Assembly: GCF_006345805.1 (NCBI RefSeq)
Contig: NC_042998.1
Span: 153,574,001 to 153,638,000 of the forward strand
Length of the DNA stretch: 64,000 nt
Reading direction: 5' to 3'
Source of the DNA: Octopus sinensis
Lineage: Eukaryota
This document shows, in pieces, positions 48,130-61,545 of the stretch. Under the pieces are notes generated by a model. It was given only the letters and a program-made list of their open reading frames with translations, was not told the DNA's origin and ran no database searches. Position numbers and translations under genes: made by a program. Position 1 is the stretch's first letter. Every line of letters starts with the position of its first letter.

Positions 48130-48347
48130 ATATTCTTTTCTACTCTAGGTACAAGGCCTGAAATTTGGGGGGAGGGGGCCAGTCGATTAGATCGACCTCA
48201 GTACGCAACTGGTACGTATTTATTGACCCCTAAAGGATGAAAAGCAAAGTCAACTTTGGCTGAATTTGAACTCAAAACATAAAGACAAACGAAATACCAT
48301 TAAGCGTTTCGCCCGGTGTGCAAACATTTCTACCAGCTCGCCGCCTT
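48130..48347 (-). mobile_element. SINE family A
   Basis: The reverse complement starts aaggcggcgagctggtagaa and carries the full family core. Confidence 0.85.
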
Positions 48348-49519
48348 AAAGAAATATTGAATAGAGAGTCTACTAAAAAGATATGAAATAAAGCTACAAA
48401 TTATGTGTTATCACATATATTTTTTAATGTGACTAAAATGGTGTCATCACAAATATGGACTTGTATAGTCTTCTTTTGTATGAAAAGATAGCCAGGGCCA
48501 TTAGCATTACACTTGTTATTCTTCCTCTCTCTTTCTCACCTGCTGGGTTAACTTTATATATGCGGAGGACTTTACATATAATGCACTCATAATTACACCT
48601 GTCTTCCTCATTCCCTACCTCTCTGGCTTTTCTATCTCTGTTTCTCTCACACACAAAATGTTTGATTTCAAGCAAAGGTCCGTGAGAACAATTAATGGTG
48701 CACATTTTCCTAGTTCATACTAATATAATTCTCCATTTATATACAATATCATATTTTCTTTTACATCTATTGTATAAGTTTTATAATAACTGGGTTTCAG
48801 AAATGGGAGACATTACTCGATGCAGGGTATGCACTAACCTATATATCTCACCTGTTAAACACAAAGTATTTGTATATAAATCTGACATGAATACTATTGT
48901 ATTATTTAGCAATAAACCATTAAATGAGTTTGTTAATTAGTGAGGGGTTTGTCATGAACATATGTAAAGTGAAACATTAGAATTCCAGGAAAATTGTAAG
49001 CACGAAATGCTTGTATAACGGAAAAAATTATTTTGCCTTAAGGAAGAGAAGTCTACTATCACAGCCAGAACCCTTCAACAGAGAGAGACAAATTGTTTAC
49101 ACTTGTACTGAATAGGTAGATTGGCTGTGGTGAATGCCAGAAAAACTTTTTAGTGAAGAATGAGGCAAGGAAAAGAGAACTTAACAATGAGAAACAGATG
49201 TCAGTGGGTGAGCAATTGCCACAGTGTGGAGGTAAGTGAAAAAGACACTGAAAAATTGGGAAAATGCATAGGGTAAAGGAGTAATGATCAAGAGAATGGA
49301 GGGAAAATATATACTTGTATATACATATATTTCTTAGTTTTCTTATGTTTGTGCATTGAATATGAAGACATCTCCTCCATATGTGGATACTTTAATAACT
49401 ACCCACCCCAAAACTTGATCGGTTACTGAGATTTTGTGGAGGACTTTACATATAATGAATCTGTTGTAGGTGGGACATGTAAATGTTTTATATATATATA
49501 TATATAAAATGAGTTGGCA

Positions 49520-50195
49520 AGGTTCTTGAGAAGACCCACTCACTTCTTCAAAGCTGAGTTCTGGAGGTACTGTATTTCAATCCATCTCCAGTAAACCAAA
49601 CTACATCTCTTCATATTCTTGTCTATTCCCCTGCCCCATCCACCACCACCACTGTTTCTGCTACTTTGTTATCTCACTCTCTTATCCCTCTCCTGCCAAC
49701 TGTATCATTGCTATCCAGTCACTCCCCTATATACCCATGTCACCATTCACTGCCTTCTCCTACTCCCTTCACCTCCTTTGCACTCTTGTGAATGTCCTGC
49801 TCACTCAACCTGTTCATTCCTCTGCACCACTCTGTTTACATTTACCTCTTTGCAACTTGAAGGTACACCATGGCACATTGTCACCATCTCTCTCTCTCCA
49901 ACTAGAGTAACCATATATTTCCTCTATACAACACACCTGTTTCTGTATTTTATCAATATAAACTCTCATGTATGTTTGTATGTACCCTTCTCTAAACGTT
50001 ATATGATGATTGTAAATAAGAATCATCATTATATAAGCAATATTGTTCATTTCCAGTCTTCATGGTGGATCTAGCTATGAGAAAATATTACCTTACTTGG
50101 AAACATGTGAGGGTTAGCATCAGGAAGTGTATCCAACCATTGAAAATCTGCCTTGACAGCATGGAAAAGTGGGTGTTAAATGATGATGGTGATAT
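49520..50195 (+). mobile_element. Non-autonomous element with a CT-rich body and an RTE-type tail
   Basis: It ends cagcatggaaaagtgggtgttaaatgatgatg, and its architecture mirrors 7670-8650. Confidence 0.5.
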
Positions 50196-50521
50196 ATATG
50201 TATATTTAACATGGTTAAATTCATGCTACATTGGAAAAAAATGTTAAACAAACAAAGCAGCAAATATATCTGTGTGCTATATATCACGTCTGACCATTGT
50301 CCAAAGTCAGGATGCCATGATAGATCGTTAGCTACTACACACATTTTTTTCTCTCCTTGTTTCTCTCCTTATTTTTTTCTGTGTATCTTTCTGTCGAAGA
50401 ACATAGGCTCGAGACGTAAAAGACTTTTTCTATTCCTGAGCGCTATACTAATACATTTGTTTGTTTGTACTCCACCTGCTTTTGTCTTTTGTTTATTTTC
50501 GTAAACTTTCCCTTTATATAT

Positions 50522-53500
50522 ATCATCATCATTTAGCGTCCGCTTTCCATGCAAGCATGGGTTGGACAGTTCAACTGGGGTCTGGGAAACCAGAAGGCTG
50601 CACCAGGCCCAGTTTGATCTGGCAATGTTTCTACGGCTGGATGCCCTTCCTAACACCAACCACTCCGTGAGTGTAGTGGGTGCTGTTTACGTGCCACCGG
50701 CACAGGTACCAGACGAGTCTGGCAAACGGCCACGATTGGATGGTGCTTTTTATGTGCCACTGGCACGGGGGGCAGGCAAGGCTGGCAACGGCCATGGACG
50801 GATGGTGCTTTTTACATGCCACCGGCACGGGGGCCAGGCGTAGCTGGCAACGGCCACGAACAGATGGTGCTTTTTACGTGCCACCAGCACGAGGCCAGTC
50901 GGGGCGGTGCTGGCAACGGTCACGTTCGGATGGTTCTCTTACGTGCCACCGGCACTGGTAACTCAGCTGCAATTTCCATTGATCGATTTCGATTCTGATT
51001 CTCACTTGCCTCAACAGGTCTTCACAAGTAGAGTTTTGTGTCCCAAGAAGGGAAGGTATGCAAAAGTGAGCTGGCTACATCCCATGTAGAAGGCCACGGG
51101 TTATGGTCTCACTTGTCCTGCCGGGTCTTCTCACGCACAGCATACTTCCAGAGGTCTCGGTCTCTAGTCATTTCCTCAGTGACACCTAAAGTTCGAAGGT
51201 TGTGCTTCACCACCTCGTCCCAGGTTTTCCTGGGTCTGCCTCTTCCACAGATTCCCTCAACCGCTAGGGTGTGGCACTTTTTCACAAAACTATCTTCATC
51301 CATTTTCGCCACATGTCCATACCAGCGCAAACGTCTCTCTTGCACACCACATCTGATGCTTCTTAGGTCTAGCTTTTCTCTCAAGGTACTTACACTCTGT
51401 CGAGTATGAATACTGACATTACACATCCATCGGAGCATACTGGCTTCATTTCTTGTGAGCTTACACAAATCCTCAGCAGTCACGGCCCATGTTTCACTGC
51501 CATGTAGCATGGCTGTTCGTACACACGCGTCATACAGTCTGCCTTTTACTCTGAGCGAGGAGCCTTTTGTCACCAGCAGAGGTAAGAGCTCTCTGAACTT
51601 TGCCCAAGCTATTCTTACTCTAGCAGTTACACTTTCAGCACACCTGCCCCCGCTGCCGACTTGGTCACCTAGGTAACAGAAGCTATCAACTATTTCTAGT
51701 TTTTCTCCCTGGAAAGTAACAGAAGTTGGTCTCAGAGCATTTTCAGTGTTTATTGTTTCTGAGCATCTGCCACATACAAAAACCATCTTCCTAGTTAGCC
51801 TTCGTTTGACATTGCTGCACCTCTTATGTTTCCATAGCTTACACTTGGTGCATCTTATAGAGTTTCTACCTACACCTTTTCTACAGATCAAGCAGGGCCA
51901 CCTACCTGAAGGCGTTTGTGATTTGTCTACCTTCCTACTTATTAGGACTTTGGTTTTAGCTAGATTGACTCTAAGGCCGTTCGATTCTAATCCTTGCTTC
52001 CACACCTGAAACTTCTCCAGTTCTGATAGTGACTCAGCAATTAGAGCAAGGTCATCAGCATAGAGGAGCTCCCAAGGGCATCCTGTCTTGAATTCCTCCG
52101 TTATTGTCTGGAGGACTATGATAAATAGGAGGGGGCTGAGGACTGAGCCTTGGTGGACCCCTACCTCTACCCGGAATTCTTCACTGTACTCGTTGCCAAC
52201 CCTCACCTTACTAGCAACGTCCCTGTACATGGCTCGCACAGCTCTCACTAACCATTCATCTATCCCTAGTTTCCTCATTGACCACAAGATAAGGGATCGG
52301 GGGACCCTGTCGAAGGCTTTCTCCATGTCAACAAAAGCCAGGTACAGGGGCTTATCTTTGGCTAGGTATTTCTCCTGCAGCTGCCTTACCAGGAATATAG
52401 CATCAGTGGTACTTTTCCCTGGCACGAACCCAAACATCTAAACTAACTTTCTCTCTAATTAGTTGGGCTATGACCCTCTCCGTAACCTTCATTACTTGAT
52501 CCAACAGCTTGATACCTCTGTAATTATTTGTATCTAAGGCGTCACCTTCACCTTTGTAGCAGTTGCTGCTACACCAGTCATTGGGTATGACTCCTTCGTG
52601 TATCACCTGGTTAACTATACGGGTGACTAGGCTATGGCCGACACTGCCAGATATTTTGAGCATCTCTGCAGTAATTCCTGATTGGCCTGGAGCTTTCCCT
52701 GTCTTCATGCTTGTAATTCCCTTAACTACCAAAGAACTGTCAACTCGGATAGCTGGTCCCTCTGTTGGGTCGACATTCGGCAGACTCTCTTTATCCCATT
52801 CATTTTCTTTATTCAGCAACCTTTCATAGTGGCGTCTCCAAACCTCTCTCTTTGCATCCTCATTTAGCGCAAGTGAACCATCATCCATGCGAACACACTT
52901 CTCTCCTACCACATCACAATTCTCTCACACACTGTCTTGCAACGCAAAACACCTCCAGTCTTTGGTCCTCACGGTGCAGAACATTGGCAAATTTTTTCTT
53001 ATCTGCTTCCCCTCTGGCTAGATAGACCTGTCTCCTAGCTTCCCTTTTGGCAGTCTGATACAATTCCCTGCTACCACCATTCTTCCAGTCCTTCCAAGTC
53101 TGTCTCTTTTCTTTAATAGCCCTGTCTACAACACTGTTCCACCACCACGTTACCTTGGGACGAGAGGGGACTTTGCACCAGCCACAGATCTGGTCAGTGG
53201 CTCTCAGCAGGTTGTCCCTTAGAAACGTCCAGTTGCCTTCTACCCCATGTGATACTCTATCCCCTTTTACTTCGTCAAAGGCTTCAAGTAGCATGTCCCT
53301 AAATCTCTGTCCATTCGTAGGATCTTTAGGCTTCCAGATCCTTCTTCTCCATGCTGGTCGTCTTCTGGTTGTCCTCTTAGTCCTGATCCTAAAGTCACTA
53401 ACTACCAGTCTATGTTGTGGGGTACATTCTTCGCCTGAGAAGGTTTTGGCATTTATAAGCAGCCATCTCTCCCTTTGCCTGGCAAGGATGTAGTCAAGTT

Positions 53501-53600
53501 GGCTGGTATGTTGGCCCGATTGGTAGGTGACTAGGTGGCTGGTAGGTTTCCTGAAGTTAGTGTTGCAAATCATAAGATTATTTGCATCCCAGAACTCCAG
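50522..53600 (-). mobile_element. RTE-clade LINE, 5'-truncated, young (same family as 25145-27481)
   Basis: ORFs are 52914-53573, 52403-52912 and 51109-52437 (RT with an intact PHD-like finger). It has five 3' UTR units and a (CAT)n tail on +. Confidence 0.94.
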
Positions 53601-53614
53601 TATATATATATATA

Positions 53615-54357
53615 ATAGCAGTATTGCCCGGCTTGTGCGTTCTATGCACGCGTGAATTAAGCTAAACTTGGATGAAGTTTAATCAAAATTCAATTATTTT
53701 GGTTTTAAAATCAAGCATTAATGCCCTCTATTTTTGCGCTTATGTCTTCCATTTCCTCAATAGGAAGTACGTAGAAGCGTTTCATAAATTTTTGTTGAAT
53801 TATTCTTTTAGATCAGTATTTCTCAACGGGGATTTCAGGGAGTCGCTGATGATGTATCGTGTCGATCAAAAATCCGGCCTGCTAAAATTTGGTTAAAGTG
53901 ATTCAAACTGCAAACTCAATGCAAAATGGTCACATTTAATTCAAAGCGTTAAAAATGTTATGAAAACAATTGGTATGTGTTCACAAAGTCCAAACAATTA
54001 ATACGAAAAAACCCTCTAGGCTACATCCCGAAAATTAATTTCTTTGCCGAATTTCTACAATGTTTACGGCGATTCGTTTTTATATCTTGATCTTTTATTT
54101 TTCATACAATTTACGCATGGTGAACACAGTTCACGTCAAACAGCTGACTGAGTAAAGTTCACTATTCAATGCATGGAATAAGGCCTAAACAAACACATTA
54201 TCGATTTTTGCACTTGCGAGATGAATTTTGGAACAGAAATAACACAGTTCAATTTTCATTCGCCTAAACTTTAAGTGACCCATTTTTGTTGGTTCTACGA
54301 TTTGTTGGCTAGGAGATGTGCCGGGAAGTTAAACACACTGATACACACACAAGTTGA

Positions 54358-54358
<1 letters not shown>
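53615..54358 (-). mobile_element. Non-autonomous Helitron-like element (copy 2)
   Basis: It is a reverse-complement homolog of 10107-10947 with small deletions and is flanked by (TA)n on both sides. Confidence 0.6.
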
Positions 54359-54425
<67 letters not shown>

Positions 54426-54650
54426 CACATACTTGGAAACAGATGCACCATGTTCCATTAAGTAGTAAATGATATATATATATATATGTGTGTGTGTATG
54501 TATGTATATACATACACATGCATATAGGGGTACAGGATGTCACCAATGGTGCAAATAACATGAAATATGTCTTGTACCCATATATGCATCTATATATATG
54601 TATATTGAATGCCACGCATCCATTTCCAAGTAAGTTTATCTTTATATATA

Positions 54651-56332
54651 CACTACCGTCAGAAATTAATTAGCACCCTTGATTTGCTCTTCACTCAAGG
54701 TATTTGCTGTCACCTAGTGGCCATATCTCGAACTATTGCTTTGTTGCGAGTTCACTGTTGCGCAGAACGATGACGTAACTTTGTTTGCAGAGCGGTTTGA
54801 GAATCTACAGCCTAATGATGTTGACATAGCAGTGCAACAACAACTTGGAGTGCGGATGCAGACAAATCTTCCTTTGTTTAATAGATATAGGTAGCGCCTC
54901 GCAAGGACTGAAATCACACCATACTAAGTTTTCTCATCGCGTAAGACGTTTTGAACAGCTCGTAGGTTAATTGATTTGTGTATTTGCAAGATTTTTTTTC
55001 CTCACAAATTCTCCTACACTCTGCTTGGTGACGTCACTTCCGGTTCACAAAACTTTCTGTTATACATCAAATAAGGTGAGAAATTCTGCTTTCTTTCTTT
55101 TTTTATTTAATGAATAATAACTCATAGCAGTTTTGTTATAGCATAACATTATTCAAATGAATAGTTTTAATGAAAATAACTGGTTTTTATCGTTCATTCC
55201 TAGATGGGCCCATGACCTTGGAGAGACGGTACGAGGCTCTCTCGTGGCATGGGAAGCTGTCGGAGGTTGCAATAGCCAGAAAACTTGGTGTAGCCAGGCG
55301 CACAATTCAATGCTTATTTAAGAAATACGAGGAAACCGGATCAGCAGCTGACAAAAAGGGTAGGGGACGGAAGAGGCTGACGACCCAGCGGGAGGACCGG
55401 ATCATGATCCGAATGTCACTGTACAACCGAAGGGCAACGACCCGGCAACTGGCGGAGGAGATGCAAAAGATGACAGGGAAGCAGTTGTCTACAACCACCG
55501 TCAAGACCAGATTACTGGAAGCTGGTCTAAAATCCTGTAGGGCCGCCCAAAACCGGAAGAGGCAGCTGCTCTGGGCCCGTGCCCACAAGACATGGACCGT
55601 GCAGCAGTGGTGGACAGTGATATTCACTGATGAGTCGCGATTCAGTCTCGTCAGTGACAAGCCTGTCCATGTGTGACGCCGCAGGGGTGAGCGCTTCAAC
55701 AAAGACTGCATTGCTCCCACCATGAAGCATGGTGGGGGTGGTCTGATGGTGTGAGGGGCGTTCAGCTACAGTGGTGTTGGGCGGCTCTATACCGTCGAAG
55801 GCAACATCAACGCAGCAAAGTACGTTGAGATAGTACGGGATACCTCTTTGGTGGCGAGGAGTACGTGCTCCAGCAGGACAACGCGCCTTCCCACACAGCC
55901 AAGCTCACAACCGGTTTCTTCAAGGACCATGGGGTGACGGTTATGGACTGGCCTGGCCAGTCACCTGACCTGAACCCTATTGAGAACCTCTGGAGTCGAT
56001 TGGGTAGGGATTTGAATGTGCAGCAATACAGGAACCGACACAAGCTGTTTGGGGCACTTCTTGCTGCATGGGGGGGCCATCCCTGCACAGTACCTGCAGG
56101 CACTCATAGACAGCATGCCGACCCGCGTAGCAGCTGTCATTGCTGCCAAAGGAGGAGCAACAAGATATTGACTAAATTTCACAATTAATAACAATTATGT
56201 GGTGTGCTGGGATATGTTTTAATAAATTTTTGATTAAAAACGAGTTCGTTTCTGATAATAAGTTAATTAAATTAAGAAAATGTAAGAAAATGTAGAAATT
56301 TGAGAAGTGCTAATTAATTTCCGACGCAAGTG
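54651..56332 (+). mobile_element. Tc1-like DD34E transposon, full length, inactivated
   Basis: The TIRs are TA|cact(ac/tg)cgtc(a/g)gaaattaattagcac. It has an HTH region, FTDESRF, and QDNAP-x-IENLW with 34 residues between D and E. Stops and frameshifts lie between ORFs 55170-55676 and 55865-56188. Confidence 0.93.
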
Positions 56333-56809
56333 TATATATATATATATATACACACTGTTGTATCTAGGGAGAGCCATTCTCTTTTAGTGCCTTGTAATTT
56401 AACATACTCACAGATAAAATTTCCACTCATTTACTTATGTATTTTTCTAAAATTTACGTTGTTTTGCAACCTTTTCAAAAGTTAACTCTGTTCATTATTC
56501 AAGCTGTGTTCTTTTTGTTTGTTTGTATGCATGTGTGTGCGCACATACACATGTATGTATGCATGCATGTAAGTTGTGTATGCATGTATGTATGTATGTA
56601 TGTATTCAACATATTCATGTGTTTGTGTGTGTGTGCGTCTGTCTCCTTGCATGTGCATGTATGAGTGTGTGTGTGTGTGTGTGTTTGTATGTGTTTTTGT
56701 GACAGTATGTATGGCTGTGTATCCATATGTGTGGATGTGTGTCTCCATATGTGCCCTCGTGTGAAGTGTGTGTGTATATGGTCATGTGTTTCAGTTTTCA
56801 TTTGCATAT

Positions 56810-57432
56810 GGGGAGAGGTAGATCCAGGAAGACATGGGATGGTGGTCAAGCATGACCTTCGAACGTTGGGCCTCACAGAGGCAATGACGAAAGATCGAGA
56901 TCTCTGGAGATATGCTGTGACTGCAAAGACCCAACTAATAATGTGAGTCCATGGCTGCTTCCTGCACCAGTTTCGCATAGCCCCAGCCCATCCAAAGTAC
57001 CTTGGATTGCAGAACAACCTGCTGTGCTTACCTTGGATTGTAGGGTGACCTGCTGTGCTTGAGGAGACCTATTGAGTCAAATACATCAACATCAAAATAA
57101 ATATCAAATGGAAATTGTAGCTGTGATACCTGTGCTGGCAGCACGTAAAAAGCACAATCCAAACGTGGCTGATGCCAGCACAGCCTTGACTAGCTTCTGT
57201 GCCAGTGGCACATAAAAAGCACCAACCGATCGTGGCTGCTGCCAGCCTCCCCTGGCACGTAAAAAGCACCCAGTACACTTACAGAGTGGTTGGCGTTAGG
57301 AAGAGCATCCAGCTGTGGAAACACTGCCAGATCAGACTGGAGCTTGATGCAGCCTCCTGGCTTCCCAGATCCCGGTCGAACCATCCAACCCGTGCTAGCA
57401 TGGAAAACGGACTTTAAACGATGATGATGATA
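56810..57432 (+). mobile_element. RTE LINE 3' end
   Basis: It encodes VVKHDLRTLGLTEAMTKDRDLWRYAV and has three UTR units and a (GAT)n tail. Confidence 0.85.
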
Positions 57433-57689
57433 ATGTGTGTGTGTGTGTATGAGCTTGTCTATTCATATTACCTATGTAACTATCCGTCAGTATTTCTATC
57501 TGTTTACTTTCATGCTCATTTGCCTACTTGCATGTGCATATATACACACACACACACACATACATACATCTACATAACAGTCTGACTAACTATTCTACCT
57601 GTATATAAATATAAACTGTGGGTATGGTGGGTATGATTACCTACTATGTATATTTCCTATTTAGTACTGGAGATTGTTCATTTGTGAGG

Positions 57690-58265
57690 ACGTACTCCTA
57701 TATTTGTTTGAATGTTGGGTCCTTCGGGTGCTTGGATAAAATGCAGATGTCAAGTTGACCCAGGCTGCCTCCATATTGGTCCTTGGCATGTTGGTAGAGT
57801 ATAGTGGACTGTTCTTTGTCATCATATTGTCTCAAATGTTCATTTACTCTTTCCATAATGCTCCTAGATGTCTCCCCTATGTATGTCATCGTCATGTCTT
57901 TACATCACCCTCTATGCTTCTTATGCTGTAGACTACATTTCTAGTTCTACAAGGCTAATCCTTCATACCGTGCAGTTATCATTGGTGCATATGGTATTCT
58001 CAAAGGGGTATGTCCTACATAGTTGTGATCTGATGGAGTTGCCTGGCTTTTCAACAATTTTAATGTTGAGTTTGGTCTCCTTCAGAGTTTTCCTAAATCT
58101 ATGGGCTAGTTCTCCATGGGCTGTGGCCTCTACAAACATCACTCCTTGATATTTGTGGGTTTTATACCACGTGTTCACCCTGTTTGCTTTGTCACAACCT
58201 CTTTATATCCTATTCCAATCTTTGCTTCCTATATCTAGGGCAGGTACCATTGGTTTCATTACATA
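57690..58265 (-). mobile_element. Penelope-like element, GIY-YIG endonuclease fragment
   Basis: It encodes KIVEKPGNSIRSQLCRTYPF...C...C, CRTRNVVYSI and TYIGETSRSIMERVNEH. Confidence 0.82.
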
Positions 58266-58390
58266 TAATGTTATCTAACTATGTGTATCATATATACACA
58301 CGATACTCCACTGGTTTCAGCCCGAGGTTGTGGCTATGTTGTAAACATACATTATATATATTCTGTATGTGTATTATTATTATTAAGGCA

Positions 58391-58525
58391 GTGAGCTGGC
58401 AGAATTGTTAATGCACTGGGCAAAGTGCTTAGTGGCATTTCATCCATCTTTACATTCTGAGTTCAAATGCCACCAAGATCAACTTTACTTTTCATCCTTT
58501 AGGGGTTGATAAAATGCATACCAGT
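58391..58525 (+). mobile_element. SINE family A, 3'-truncated
   Basis: The head aaggcagtgagctggcagaa follows a (TTA)n tract. Confidence 0.7.
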
Positions 58526-61500
58526 GCCTTACAAATATCAAAATTACATAAGCCAACCCTGAAATGGTTTATGATATGTCTTTAATTTCTGCTAAGATGT
58601 ATTTTTTAAAATACTGACATGAAGAAAAGAATCTTCAGTTATATTATTGGTGTATGGATGGTATGGATTCTGTGATAATTGTAGAGCAGAATTTGCTATC
58701 ATTGGAAGAAATTGGCATGTAGTTTAGTAGAGAACAATGTTTATAACTATATACAATTTCAATAGGAAAAGAAAGATAAGAAGAATAGAGGATTTGTTAT
58801 AGTGTAAGGTATAAAGAGAAAAGGAGATGGAGAGAGAAGGTTGGGATAGCTGAGAGAATATTAGTAATTAAAAGATGTCAGAATTAAGATTGGCTATAAG
58901 TTAGAAAAATTGGTTATGCAGGTTAATCAATTTGAGAGATGCTTGGCAGCAGACAGAGGATGCATAACAAAGAGAGAAAAATATAAAAAATAAAAGCTAT
59001 AATGACACTAACTGTAACATTGTAAAATGTTTTTGTCACATTAAGTATAAGGATCAGTTATACTGGAGAGGGGATGCAAGAGATATGACAGCATCCTGGT
59101 AGGAGAGGGTAAAACACTGATGGGTGAGTGCTAAAGATAAGTGTTCTCTAAATGTAGCTAAATATAGTGGTTAAGTAGGAAGTATAATAGTGAAGGAGAA
59201 GAGTGGAATGGTTTATGAAATAAAGAGAAAGATTTATAATATTATTGACAACATGAGATAATTGCATCAGACAAGCAATCAAGAAAGAGGTCTTTAATCT
59301 CATGTAATACACTGAGGGGTTAGCAGCATAAATTACATAGATATTCCATTATCAATCTTGATCAGGGAAATGTCATAAGGAATACCTTCAGCTTTGAAGT
59401 GGTGGATATGGGTGGCCAATTAGATAGATTACTAGCTGTTGGACCCGGTATTGCTCCTGTTTTCTGTGTTGAAGTTAAGCCCACCTATGACCTTGTATTG
59501 AAATCTTCTACGTTCCCCATGCCAACTATTACCCATTAAGATGTTATATCTGGTTCGGCAGGGATTTTACCTGGTTAATGCTTTCAACATACTCCTACAT
59601 ACTGGACCGTCTGAAATCGAATCGCAGTCAAACTTTTGGGTGCACCTTCACCCTCTGAGAGTGATATTTGTTTATTTCTCTCCCCTTAACGCCACTCTCT
59701 ATACAAAATTGATCAGCGTGTCCAATCTCAGCAAAATCCAAAGAAAAGTGTTATGGTTATGTCATAAAATAGAACCCATATGACCATTTACATGAAAATA
59801 TTCTATAAATCCCAATACATTACATGAATAACCAATGTTTCATATGTTGAAGTGCTTAATTTTACTCACGGGTCAATTTTCTTCCAAATCAGATCGTTAT
59901 TTTATATTTGAGTGAATTTTGACAATTTCTTCCTTTCACCAGTTTAATTTTAATTCTACTACGTGATGCCAACCATAAACTTTACCTAAATGTTAAATTT
60001 CATCAAAATCAAATGAATTCTGTAAAAGTTGCAGCATAAAATATTGATCCTATCGGTAATTGCATACAAAAAGCCTATTAATTTCTCAAAATCTCCTGCT
60101 CGTGTGCAATTATTGATTTTTTTGTCAACTTTTCATGCTGGCATCAACTAATGGACATGAACTGTAATCATATGTAAAATTTCTATAAAATTGATAAGAA
60201 TGTCTCTAAGGAAATGCTTATTTGCATTTGTGCCCTTTTGATTTAAATAAACACCTTTACCATCTCCCCCACCACAAAATTTACCTACATCTCAAATTTC
60301 ACATTAAAATTGGATAAAAAAATATAAAAGTTACGGCCAAAAATAAAATCTTTATGGGTATTTGCACACAAAAAGCCTATTGATTTTATAAAACTACTGC
60401 TCAGGTGCATTTATCAATTTTTTGTCAACACCATATACTGACTTGCTCACTCATTGATTTTCATCAAAATTGGACACAAGAAATGCAAATGCTGCAGGAA
60501 AAATAACATTGTTATGGGAATTTCTATTCAAACACCCAATTGAGCTCACAAAGATCGATGCCAACTGAGCTTTATTGAGTTTTTGAAAAATTCCGGCCTT
60601 ATTTGAACTTCAAGGCATATGATCTACCTATGTGTCAAAAATCATTATAATCAATTGGACGGTGTGAAAGGAGTTAGAGTAACCCCAAACACATACACTG
60701 ACAGACACCATTACACATTTGCTATTGATGTTCAAGAAGGTGCTCATAAGTACAAGGAATCAGTACTTAGAGTCAATCATTGCACCATTGTAAATTCTGG
60801 TAGAGTGGCTCCATGTGCTGGTAACGTTACATTTATAGACAACATAACATAGGTAATGGTTCCTCCAAGAGGTAATTAATAGATATTCTGAAGTCATTCA
60901 TCTCAGATTACAAGTGGTGCACAGTTAGCCATGGAAGATATGATTAGCACTATTGTTAGTCATATGAGTAGAACACTGTGCATTACTGTCACTTATTAAC
61001 ACTAAAATTGTGGTCATAATTATGATTATTCATATTATAATTATTTTTACTACTCATATGGATACCTAAATTATTATAACTGACATTAATAGTATACTTA
61101 CTATGTGTACAATTGCTCTTCTAACTAGTATTCTTGCTACCATCAGTAATAATAGTTGTTTCCACAGTATAGGTGATACTAAAGTTAATAGTAACCTCTA
61201 TGTGGTCCATTAAACTTATGCATTCAGTTATGGCTCTGTTAGGGTTATTGTGCGCATAGAAATAGTGGTAACCCATATTCTCTATTCAGTTATTGGGTTT
61301 GTTGATACTATTATGAACAATATTAACAATATTTGCCATTGTTAATGCTATGAATGAAAAACATTATCATGATGATGATAATTATTGAGGATGCTTAACT
61401 ATGTCTAATTATATTCAAACATGTTAAGCATGACAGAAAATATATAAAACATGACTAAAATATATTTGTTAAACATGGATATATTTTATTCAACACTTTT

Positions 61501-61545
61501 ATGTGATATTCAAGTTTGACCAAGAGGCATGCACATCAGCAACTA

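Noticed and set aside
48560-49470. 22-bp repeat g(c/t)ggaggactttacatataatg at ~48569 and ~49435
   Set aside because: It is short and isolated, and the flanks do not align. It is most likely debris of an old repeat.
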